Assembly: GCA_016935015.1 (NCBI GenBank)
Contig: JAFGRT010000097.1
Span: 548 to 64,547 of the forward strand
Length of the DNA stretch: 64,000 bases
Direction of reading: 5' to 3'
Origin: Acidobacteriota bacterium
GTDB taxonomy: Bacteria; Acidobacteriota; JAAYUB01
Shown: piece after piece, positions 56,763-64,000 of the stretch
Position numbering within the stretch: the stretch's first letter is position 1
Layout: each line of letters opens with the position of its first letter
Notes under the pieces: model-generated
Database searches by the model: none
Told to the model about the DNA's origin: nothing
The model's input: only the letters and a program-made list of their open reading frames with translations
Made by a program: the position numbers and the translations under genes

Positions 56763-59606
56763 ATGCATTCCGGTCCGTCCATCTTTTTCCGCCGCGCCCG
56801 GGAGGAGGCCAGCCGTTACGGGGAGGATCCCTGGGTCTTCCTGCGTGAGCTGGTCCAGAACAGCCGCGACGCCGACGCGACGCGTATCGATTTCACGGTC
56901 GCGATCGACGGGGACTGGCAGACGCTGGTGTGCCGCGACAACGGCTACGGCATGACCCGGGAGGTCATCGAGGAATACTTGCTGCGCTTGTACGCCTCCA
57001 ACAAGGAGGAGCTGGCCAGTGCCATCGGCCTGTTCGGAGTGGGTTTCTGGTCGGTGCTGTTGTTTCAACCGGCTATCATCCGCATCACCTCCGGCGACGG
57101 CCGGGAATGCCATGCCCTGGAAATCGACTGTCGCGGCCACGCCGTGCGCTCGGTTGCGCCCCCATCTCAGCCCCTGGCGGGCACGGAAATCGTCCTGCGC
57201 CGCGTCGCCGGTTCGTCCCTCGATGCCCGCCGGTTGCACGCCCTGGTGGAGGAGAAACTGATCCTGTTCGCCGGACATATCCGGCCGGGGCCCGGCGGGA
57301 AGCAGCTGGACATTTATTGCCAGGGCCGCCGACTCAACCGTCCCTTCGCGCCGCCCGACGTTTTCGGCCGCCGGTTTCGCACCCGCGAATTCGACGGGGT
57401 GCTCGGTTTCGATACCGTTCCCAGTGTCCGAATTTACAAGGGCGGCATCCTGGTGCGGGATCTGACCGGATTGGAGGAGGTCATCCCCAGCCGGCGACGG
57501 ATCCGGCTACCGGAATCGGGCTGGGGACTCTATCCCGTCATTCGCCTCAATGCCGACAGGATCCAGCTGCTCATGGACCGTCAGACCATTTTTGAGGATC
57601 CCGTCCTCCACCGGGCGGTGGATTATTGCGAGAAGGAACTGCTGCGCTTGCATCGGCGCCTGATTCGCCGGTTGTTCCCCATGGATCTCGCCAATCGCTT
57701 CACCTCTTTGTGGATTGGTATGCGAGGCAAGGCCATCGCCTTCCTGGCCGGTTTTTTCCTGGTGCTGGTTTTGGGTGTCATGGGCGTTCTGCTGGGGCGA
57801 CCGGATGATCTGATCCGGAGCCGGGTGGATCAACCTCCGCTGCTGGGGCAGGCGCCGGCGGGAGAAACCGTGACATCCGTCCGCCTGAGTGTGGACCGGG
57901 CCCTGACCGGATGGCGCGGGATGTTTCTGAATGTCCCGGGTGAACGGCCCGTCCGGTGGGACTTCCACTACGAAGGGGGCGGTGACCACCTGTTTCGGTT
58001 ACGTTCCTTCACGGCGTATGATCCGCAGCAGGGGCTGCGACCCGTGCCCCTGGCGAAGACGGGGGACCTTCCGTCAATGAGCGCTGCGGGAGAGGCAATG
58101 TTTATCACCATCGGCGTCACCGGCCGGGGTGACCCCTTCGTCCTGCCGTGTCCGCCGGACCATACCGTCGTAGTCGAAAGCCTGCGGCATGCAGACCAGG
58201 AACCGGTGGCCCTGTGGCGCAGTCTAGCCGGCGAAGCGGTCGCGCGAACGGATGCGCCCGGTCGACTGACCTATGCGGTTGTGCCGCTCAGGGAAGCGGT
58301 GTCGGTCGATCCGTTTTTGACGGGAGCCGCCCGACTCGAGTGGCCACCCGACTGGCAACAATTCATCGACGAAACCCTCGCCGCGTCTCCCGCCGAGCGG
58401 GTGGTGCGGGCGGTCCGCCGGATTCGGGAACGATTGGTGTACGCCCGGGATGAAGATCTGTCGCGCCGCTTCGCCCAGTCCGAGGGTACCTGGCTGGAAC
58501 GCACGATCCGGATGGGAGCGGGAGATTGCGATGTGCTCAACGGTGTGCTGGTTTTGTTGCTCCAGGCTCTTGGGATTCCCGCCCGGCTCGAGGCCGGTCT
58601 GGTGGGAGTGGAGGGTCGGGCCATGCCGGCATTGCATGCCTGGGCCCGGTGTTACCTGGGCGAATGGCGAACCCTTGACGTCTCCACCGGCTATGATTCC
58701 CAGACCAGCGACGCCCGTTTTCCGGCGGAACGGTTACTGGGCATCGTCGGCCCGGCGGCGGCGCGCCGGGCGGTCGGGCAGGGCGCACGTGACCGGAAAT
58801 CCCTGTCGGCCACGGCGGATTCCACTGACGGGGCTGTCGGCCCCCCCTGGGCTTGGCTGCTGATAGGCGGCGCCCTGGCTGCCGTGATCGGGATGGGGAT
58901 GTTATGGTGGTGGCGGCGCCGGCGGCCGGTGGTGGATCAGCCGCAATATATTCGCGAATTGTTCCGGCATCATCTGACGTACGGCCAGAGCGGAGGACCG
59001 CTGAAGCTGCAGTTCCGGCCTGTGCTCCCCACCCTGGGTAGCGGCTGCCTCAGTCTGCATCAGGTCCAGAGGCTGGCCGGCCGGGCGCGGTTGCTGGGCA
59101 CGGACCCGAACTGCCCCCTGGCCGTTCAGCTGCGTGGCCGGCGGCGCATGCTGGATGCCTCGGCCGATATCGTGCGCGAACTGGTTCCTTTTCTGCCGCC
59201 CGTCACCTGGTTGGAAGACTGGCGGGCGGTGCTGGCCGAGCCGTCCCTGTCGCCGGCCTGGCGCCAGGTGCAGGCCGTACTGGATGAACTGGAACCGGAT
59301 ATTCGCCTGTACCGCCTGGCGGGCCAAAACGGTTTTGCCGAGGCTTACCTCCCGTTTCGGGATGTCGGCCGCGGCCGGTTTCATCTGCAGGTGGGCGATG
59401 GCCATCCCGTCTGGGCGTGGGCGGAGGATGAAATCATGGCCAACGGCCGGCAGGGTCTCTTCACGGTACTGGAAAAACTGACGGGAATGATGACCATTCG
59501 GCCGGCGCGGCGGTATCGTTTGCTGGCCGGCGCGGCGCGGCAATTGCTGGTCTCTGAAGGTCAGGAATGGACGGTCATCCGACCGGAAAAGGGACAGCTG
59601 CCATGA
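56763..59606 (+). CDS. Membrane protein with N-terminal Hsp90/MORC-type GHKL ATPase domain and a transglutaminase-like (Cys-His-Asp) domain flanked by two TM helices
   Basis: GHKL motifs: N-box ELVQNSRDADATRIDF, G1 DNGYGMT, G2 IGLFGVGFWSVLLF (compare Hsp90 GQFGVGFYS). TM1 IAFLAGFFLVLVLGVMGVLLG. Transglutaminase core GAGDCDVLNGVLVLLLQALGIPARLEAG...ALHAWARCYLGEWRTLDVSTG with Cys, His and Asp all present. TM2 WAWLLIGGALAAVIGMGMLWWW. About 220-aa C-terminal region. Alternative GTG start 56736. Confidence 0.7.
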   Translation: MHSGPSIFFRRAREEASRYGEDPWVFLRELVQNSRDADATRIDFTVAIDGDWQTLVCRDNGYGMTREVIEEYLLRLYASNKEELASAIGLFGVGFWSVLLFQPAIIRITSGDGRECHALEIDCRGHAVRSVAPPSQPLAGTEIVLRRVAGSSLDARRLHALVEEKLILFAGHIRPGPGGKQLDIYCQGRRLNRPFAPPDVFGRRFRTREFDGVLGFDTVPSVRIYKGGILVRDLTGLEEVIPSRRRIRLPESGWGLYPVIRLNADRIQLLMDRQTIFEDPVLHRAVDYCEKELLRLHRRLIRRLFPMDLANRFTSLWIGMRGKAIAFLAGFFLVLVLGVMGVLLGRPDDLIRSRVDQPPLLGQAPAGETVTSVRLSVDRALTGWRGMFLNVPGERPVRWDFHYEGGGDHLFRLRSFTAYDPQQGLRPVPLAKTGDLPSMSAAGEAMFITIGVTGRGDPFVLPCPPDHTVVVESLRHADQEPVALWRSLAGEAVARTDAPGRLTYAVVPLREAVSVDPFLTGAARLEWPPDWQQFIDETLAASPAERVVRAVRRIRERLVYARDEDLSRRFAQSEGTWLERTIRMGAGDCDVLNGVLVLLLQALGIPARLEAGLVGVEGRAMPALHAWARCYLGEWRTLDVSTGYDSQTSDARFPAERLLGIVGPAAARRAVGQGARDRKSLSATADSTDGAVGPPWAWLLIGGALAAVIGMGMLWWWRRRRPVVDQPQYIRELFRHHLTYGQSGGPLKLQFRPVLPTLGSGCLSLHQVQRLAGRARLLGTDPNCPLAVQLRGRRRMLDASADIVRELVPFLPPVTWLEDWRAVLAEPSLSPAWRQVQAVLDELEPDIRLYRLAGQNGFAEAYLPFRDVGRGRFHLQVGDGHPVWAWAEDEIMANGRQGLFTVLEKLTGMMTIRPARRYRLLAGAARQLLVSEGQEWTVIRPEKGQLP

Positions 59607-61027
59607 GGGAATCGGAATATCATTTGTCCATCGATCTGGAGGCGGAACTTCGCAAAATTACCCGCAACCAGCATCTCAACCGGGTGCACTACCTGGTACA
59701 GCTGATCCGTCACGCCGTGCTGCTGGAGCCGCGGGAAATCCACGTTCACAGCCGGCGCCGGCAGGTGGAGTTCAGCCAGGATGGACGCGCGGTGTCGGCC
59801 GCCGAGTGGCAGTTGCTGGAATTATTGTTCGGCCGCCATCGCGTTCCGGCCGATACCCAGCAGCAGGCGCTCTCCCGCCTGGAGGAACGCTACGGCATCG
59901 CCCTGCTATCGCTCGTGTTGACCTTTCCGGAAGTGTATATCGGGTCGGGCACGCGTCGTCTGGCCGCTACGACGGCCGGGGTGGAATTTCAGATCAGTGA
60001 GAACCATGTGGCCGGCTATCGGGTGACGGTGATCCGGCCGGCGGCTTTTCGCGCCGACGAGGAACGGGAGATCCGCTATTTTTGCAGCGGCATGGAAGTG
60101 CCCCTCTATTTCAACGGGGAACGGATCAATCAGGCCATCCCCTTTACCGGTCAGATCCTGGCCCGGCGTTTCGCCGATGATTTCGGCCGGGGCGCAGTGG
60201 GTATCCCCGGCAGCGGCGATTTGTGTGCCTATGATTTTTTCAAGAACGGCATCCGCTTCGGGATCAAGCAGTTTATCCCTGCCGACGGCCGCATCGTGCG
60301 CGGGATCTGGGACTCGTGCCTGCGGGACTATGAGCGGCAGTATCGGGCCAGCATCCAGCACGGCGAGGCGCAGCAGCGGCGGCAGACGGCCCGGCTATAC
60401 GGCGCGTTGCGGCGGCAGTTCGTCGCCCTGGACGGCCCGGATAAGCTGCGCATCAAGAAGATCCTGCTCGGCCTGGACCGCGACAGCTGGCGGGCGAACT
60501 GGGGCGATATTCCCCTCTTCCATGCCCAGGCCTATGAATTTTGTTTCAGTCTCGAGAACCTGCTTCGCCTCAAGATCCGCTATGGCGGGATCCCGTTCAC
60601 CGCCCAGCCGGACGCATCCGCGCCGGCGGATGTTCCCCGTCTGCTGCCCGAAGACGTGTATTTCCTGCGAAACGATCTGGCCGAACCGGTACGCCTGTAT
60701 CAGGGGGGATGTGACCGACCCTCGATCCGGCGCCGGCTACGGCGATGGTTGGACCGATACCGCCCGCCCGTCCAGGAAGCCGTGGCGGTTCCCGCTCGCC
60801 TGGGGTGGGTGATGGAACGACTGAACCACGATGACCAGCGCCACCGGTTTTGTCTGTGTCGCGGAGCCAGCCGCATCGTTCCGGACCGACGCGGTTTTGA
60901 CGTGGTGTATCTTTCCTTGCAGAGCATGGCTGTGCGCCGCCTGCTCGACCGGTTGGCCCGGGAGCCCCATCAGTTGACTGCCATCCGCTACGCCCTGCTG
61001 TCGCTGGCTGCCGCTACCACTCCCTGA
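59603..61027 (+). CDS. Degenerate GHKL-fold paralogue (partner of the upstream ATPase/transglutaminase protein)
   Basis: ATG 59603 overlaps the TGA stop of the upstream gene (ATGA coupling). N-terminus HYLVQLIRHAVLLEPREIHVHS..QDGRAV..ERYGIALLSLVL aligns to the upstream ELVQNSRDA..DNGYGM..GLFGVGFWSVLLF but has lost the N-box Asn/Asp and the G1 glycines. Confidence 0.55.
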   Translation: MRESEYHLSIDLEAELRKITRNQHLNRVHYLVQLIRHAVLLEPREIHVHSRRRQVEFSQDGRAVSAAEWQLLELLFGRHRVPADTQQQALSRLEERYGIALLSLVLTFPEVYIGSGTRRLAATTAGVEFQISENHVAGYRVTVIRPAAFRADEEREIRYFCSGMEVPLYFNGERINQAIPFTGQILARRFADDFGRGAVGIPGSGDLCAYDFFKNGIRFGIKQFIPADGRIVRGIWDSCLRDYERQYRASIQHGEAQQRRQTARLYGALRRQFVALDGPDKLRIKKILLGLDRDSWRANWGDIPLFHAQAYEFCFSLENLLRLKIRYGGIPFTAQPDASAPADVPRLLPEDVYFLRNDLAEPVRLYQGGCDRPSIRRRLRRWLDRYRPPVQEAVAVPARLGWVMERLNHDDQRHRFCLCRGASRIVPDRRGFDVVYLSLQSMAVRRLLDRLAREPHQLTAIRYALLSLAAATTP

Positions 61028-61054
61028 TTCCACAGAAGACGTTTGGTGTACCCG

Positions 61055-62557
61055 TCATCCCATGTGCTGACCGGTGCGGCGCTCGATGGCCAGGCGGTAG
61101 ATCTGCTCGTACAGGCGGGCCGACTCGGCCCAGCTGAAACGCAGGCTCATGATCCGCCGGCGCATGGTCCGGAGCGCCTCCCGCCGGTGATACCAGTTGT
61201 GCACGGCCCAGCCGATGGTGTCGAAGAGGGCGTCGGGCGTGAGATCGTAAAATTTGAAGCCGCTGCCGTGCCCGGTCGCTTCATCGAAATTCTGCACCGT
61301 GTCGTCCAGGCCGCCCGTGGCCCGCACGATGGGGATGGTGCCGTAGCGCATGCTGTACATCTGGTTGAGTCCGCACGGCTCGAAGCGCGAGGGCATCAGG
61401 AAAAAATCGGCGCCCGCCTCGATCTGATGGGCCATGGCGTTGTCGAACCCGATGCCGCAACCGAACCGCCGGGGATACTCTGCCCGAATGTCCCCGAAAT
61501 AAAAATGGGCCCACGGCTCGCCCGTGCCCAGCAGCACGAGCTGCACATCCAGGGCCAGAATGCGGTGGATGGCGGCGGCCAGGATGTCGATCCCTTTCTG
61601 CCAGACCAGGCGGCTGATGACGCCGATGAGGGGCACCCGGGGATTTCGGGGCAGCCGGAACTGCTGCTGCAGGGCTTCCTTGCAGACGGCCTTGCCCGAG
61701 AGGTCATCGGCCGAATACCGGGCCGGCAGGTGCGGATCGGTGCGCGGGTCCCACTCCGTTTCGTCGATGCCGTTGAGGACGGCGAACAGGTCGTTGGCCC
61801 GGTCGCGCAGTACGCCGTCGAGGCTGTGACCGTAGCCGGGGGTCATGATCTCCCGCCGGTAGCCCTCACTGACGGTGTTGATGGCCGTCGCGTGATAGAT
61901 ACCGCCCTTGAGGAGATTGACCTGAGCGAACCATTCCAGCTCCCGCCAGTGGAAATGCTCCCGGCCCACGTCCAGCACGTCCATGAGGCCTTCGTGGAAA
62001 ACGCCCTGATGCTGGAGGTTGTGGATGGTCAGCAAGGTGGCGGCCTCGCCCAGCAGCGGATCCTGACGGTAGAGGGTGTTCAGGAACAGGGGGATCGCCG
62101 CCGTGTGCCAGTCGTTGACATGAATGATGTCCGGCCGCCAGGCCAGCCGGCGGCAGAGCTGCAGGGCGGCGCGGGACAGAAAGACGAACCGGTGGTCGTT
62201 GTCGGCGTAACCGTCGCCGTAGGCGGTGGTGTAGAGGCCGTCCCGGCCGTAGTACTTTTCGTGCTCGAGGAAATAGACGGGCACCGGGGAATCGGGCAGC
62301 CGCCCCTCGAGGACGGCGCACCCTTGTTCGCCCAGCACGCCCATGGGCACACCCAGTGGATCGCCCGCCGGTCGCAGTCCCCATCGGTGGCGGTTGACGA
62401 CATAATAGCGGGGCATCACCACCCGGACGTCGTGGCTGCGGGCGGCCATCTCCCGGGCCAGGGTGCCGGCCACGTCGGCCAGACCGCCCGTCTTAGCGAA
62501 GGGCGCCACCTCCGCGGCGACCAACAGAATGGATAACGGCTCTCCCGTCATGAACAC
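61055..62557 (-). CDS. glgA: Glycogen synthase (ADP-glucose type)
   Basis: LSILLVAAEVAPFAKTGGLADVAGTL N-terminal signature. GT5/GT1 fold. 500 aa. Confidence 0.85.
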   Translation of the reverse strand: MFMTGEPLSILLVAAEVAPFAKTGGLADVAGTLAREMAARSHDVRVVMPRYYVVNRHRWGLRPAGDPLGVPMGVLGEQGCAVLEGRLPDSPVPVYFLEHEKYYGRDGLYTTAYGDGYADNDHRFVFLSRAALQLCRRLAWRPDIIHVNDWHTAAIPLFLNTLYRQDPLLGEAATLLTIHNLQHQGVFHEGLMDVLDVGREHFHWRELEWFAQVNLLKGGIYHATAINTVSEGYRREIMTPGYGHSLDGVLRDRANDLFAVLNGIDETEWDPRTDPHLPARYSADDLSGKAVCKEALQQQFRLPRNPRVPLIGVISRLVWQKGIDILAAAIHRILALDVQLVLLGTGEPWAHFYFGDIRAEYPRRFGCGIGFDNAMAHQIEAGADFFLMPSRFEPCGLNQMYSMRYGTIPIVRATGGLDDTVQNFDEATGHGSGFKFYDLTPDALFDTIGWAVHNWYHRREALRTMRRRIMSLRFSWAESARLYEQIYRLAIERRTGQHMG

Positions 62558-62868
62558 CTCGTGAAAGAGGCATTATACACCACTTCACATGCCCGGCCAA
62601 ATCAGGCCATACGACACGATAATCATTGGACATGGCTGAAAGGGAAAGGTCTCTCTGTCCCGGTGAAATTCGGCAAGAATGAACACCCCTGACAGTTGGT
62701 AGACAGCCAATATGGCAATTCCTCATGAGGGATATTCCGGCGTCGTCATTTCTTGGAGGCGGCTACCCCGCCGGCCGGCCGAAATCCGGCCCAAAATGCC
62801 AGTTTTATCGGTCTAATCACGCATCATGGTGTATAATTTAACCAACCCGATCATGAAGGAGCGAGTCG

Positions 62869-64000
62869 ATGAAAACCCGGCGCATGTTTTCTGTTTTCAT
62901 TCTGGTCTTGGCCGCATATGGCATTTTTGTTGTGGCCGATCAAAAGGTGCATCCCCTGGCCGTGCCCGAATTCTATCCCGACGGCGTGGAATGGTATCCC
63001 CTGGTGGATGACGCCCGTTTCCTGCTGCGGGTGGCCTGCCCGGACGGGACGGTGCTGGAGCGGTCGTTCGAATTCGGCTACGCCCCGGTGTTTTCCGTCC
63101 TCGACCAGGAGGGCAGTGTGACCACGGACGGCCTTTACACCTACGAGCTGGTCCGGATTCCCCTGGGCCCACCCCGCAGCCAAAGGGATGCCTTGGCTGA
63201 AAAGCAGATGGCGAGGTCCGGTCAGCCGGTGGCCCAGAGCGGTCATTTCCGGATCATGGACGGGGTCGTGGTGACCTCCGGCGAAGCCGATGAGGGTGAC
63301 GCCCGCAAGGATATCGTCCATGCCGACGATGTCATCATCGACGGCAGTCTCTGCGTGGGCAACGACTGTTACAGCGGCCTGGCCTTCGGTTTCGACACCC
63401 AGGTCTTCATGGAAAACAACCTGCGCATCTTTTTCGACGACACCAGCACTATCCAGAACTATCCCCGCAATGACTGGCGCATCATCGTCAACGACTCTAT
63501 CGACGGCGGCGGCGACTATTTCGCCATCGAGGATGCCACGGCGGCCGAACAGATTTTCAAGCTGGAAGCCGGCGCGCCGGCCAATTCGCTGTATGTGGAC
63601 AGCCACGGCGATGTCGGGATCAACACCGCCACGCCGTACTACGAGCTGCACATCGTGGACGGGGATTCGCCGGCCGTTCGTCTGGAGCAGGATACTTCCT
63701 ATGGTTGGCCCTCCCAGAAATGGGACTTGTGCGGTAACGAAAGCAATTTTTTCATCCGCGACGCCACCCACGCCTCCAAGCTCCCCTTCCGGATCGAGCC
63801 CGAGGCGCCGACCAACACGATTTTCCTGCAATCCGACGGCAACGTGGGGATCGGTACGGGGGTGCCACAGGCCAGCGTGCATATCCAGGCTACGGGCGAC
63901 CGGGCCACCCTGCTGCTGGAACGGACCGACGGCGCCACCACTTTTTTCGCCTCCAAAACCAACAATGCCAATTTCGGGTCGGCTTCCAACCACCCCCTCA
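62869..64000 (+). CDS. Secreted repeat protein, tail-fibre/beta-helix-like (5' partial; runs off window end)
   Basis: TATAAT at 62832 and AAGGAG RBS 7 nt before ATG 62869. Signal peptide MKTRRMFSVFILVLAAYGIFVVA. Open frame to 64000 with no stop. Repeats DSHGDVGINTATPYYELHIV and SDGNVGIGTGVPQASVHIQ of the G-[DN]-V-G-I-[GN]-T...P...H-I type. Confidence 0.6.
   Translation, partial: MKTRRMFSVFILVLAAYGIFVVADQKVHPLAVPEFYPDGVEWYPLVDDARFLLRVACPDGTVLERSFEFGYAPVFSVLDQEGSVTTDGLYTYELVRIPLGPPRSQRDALAEKQMARSGQPVAQSGHFRIMDGVVVTSGEADEGDARKDIVHADDVIIDGSLCVGNDCYSGLAFGFDTQVFMENNLRIFFDDTSTIQNYPRNDWRIIVNDSIDGGGDYFAIEDATAAEQIFKLEAGAPANSLYVDSHGDVGINTATPYYELHIVDGDSPAVRLEQDTSYGWPSQKWDLCGNESNFFIRDATHASKLPFRIEPEAPTNTIFLQSDGNVGIGTGVPQASVHIQATGDRATLLLERTDGATTFFASKTNNANFGSASNHPL

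Noticed and set aside
61043-63993. 497-aa plus ORF over glgA and 380-aa minus ORF over the tail-fibre-like gene
   Set aside because: Antisense to genes with strong family signatures (GlgA KTGGL motif; signal peptide plus repeats).
1-64000. CRISPR arrays, IS elements, integrases, prophage boundary repeats
   Set aside because: No regularly spaced direct repeats, no transposase/integrase-like ORFs and no tRNA genes serving as integration sites were seen. The only phage-like signal is the truncated tail-fibre-like gene at the 3' edge.

Overview
High-GC (~65%) chromosomal segment from a Gram-negative bacterium. It is densely packed, with about 50 protein-coding genes. No rRNA, tRNA, CRISPR array or transposase/integrase was recognisable by eye.

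The backbone is housekeeping and metabolic:
- Cell wall, RNA modification and DNA replication genes mltD, trmH-family and rarA.
- An O-antigen/LPS-type minus-strand operon: glycosyltransferase, O-antigen ligase/polymerase, DegT aminotransferase, epimerase.
- metK, an SHMT-like gene, and a PLP decarboxylase.
- A complete bidirectional NAD-reducing [NiFe] hydrogenase operon (hoxF with fused HoxE-like domain, hoxU, hoxY, hoxH, hoxW) followed by a single-domain CheY-like receiver.
- An NfeD/flotillin pair.
- A shikimate-pathway block (aroD, fused aroE-aroK, aroC), with a one-carbon/lipid block (metF, FGE-sulfatase-domain protein, fabG-like SDR) immediately upstream.
- Futalosine menaquinone genes mqnB and mqnD.
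- thiM, ppa, glgA, and a DUF1800/DUF1501 pair.

Five loci stand out:
- A translationally coupled two-gene module at 56.7-61.0 kb (the start and stop codons overlap as ATGA). It encodes a membrane protein with an intact Hsp90/MORC-type GHKL ATPase, a transglutaminase-like Cys-His-Asp core between two TM helices, plus a degenerate GHKL paralogue. It sits next to a LysR regulator. This is the best candidate here for an undescribed system.
- An 1164-aa protein at 4.5-8.0 kb that fuses an atypical receiver domain, a Hanks-type Ser/Thr kinase, a TM helix, a Pro-rich spacer and a TonB C-terminal domain.
- An orphan selB coupled to an AmmeMemoRadiSam-type radical SAM gene, with no selA, selD, selC or visible selenoprotein.
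- A histidine-rich tandem repeat inside the NfeD-like protein.
- A secreted tail-fibre-like repeat protein truncated at the window end.

Many long antisense ORFs in the six-frame track are GC-driven artefacts. Several track ORFs needed start corrections: DUF1338-like, FGE-domain protein, fabG-like, aroD, aroC, C69 peptidase, NfeD, flotillin, metK, selB, hoxF and the decarboxylase.
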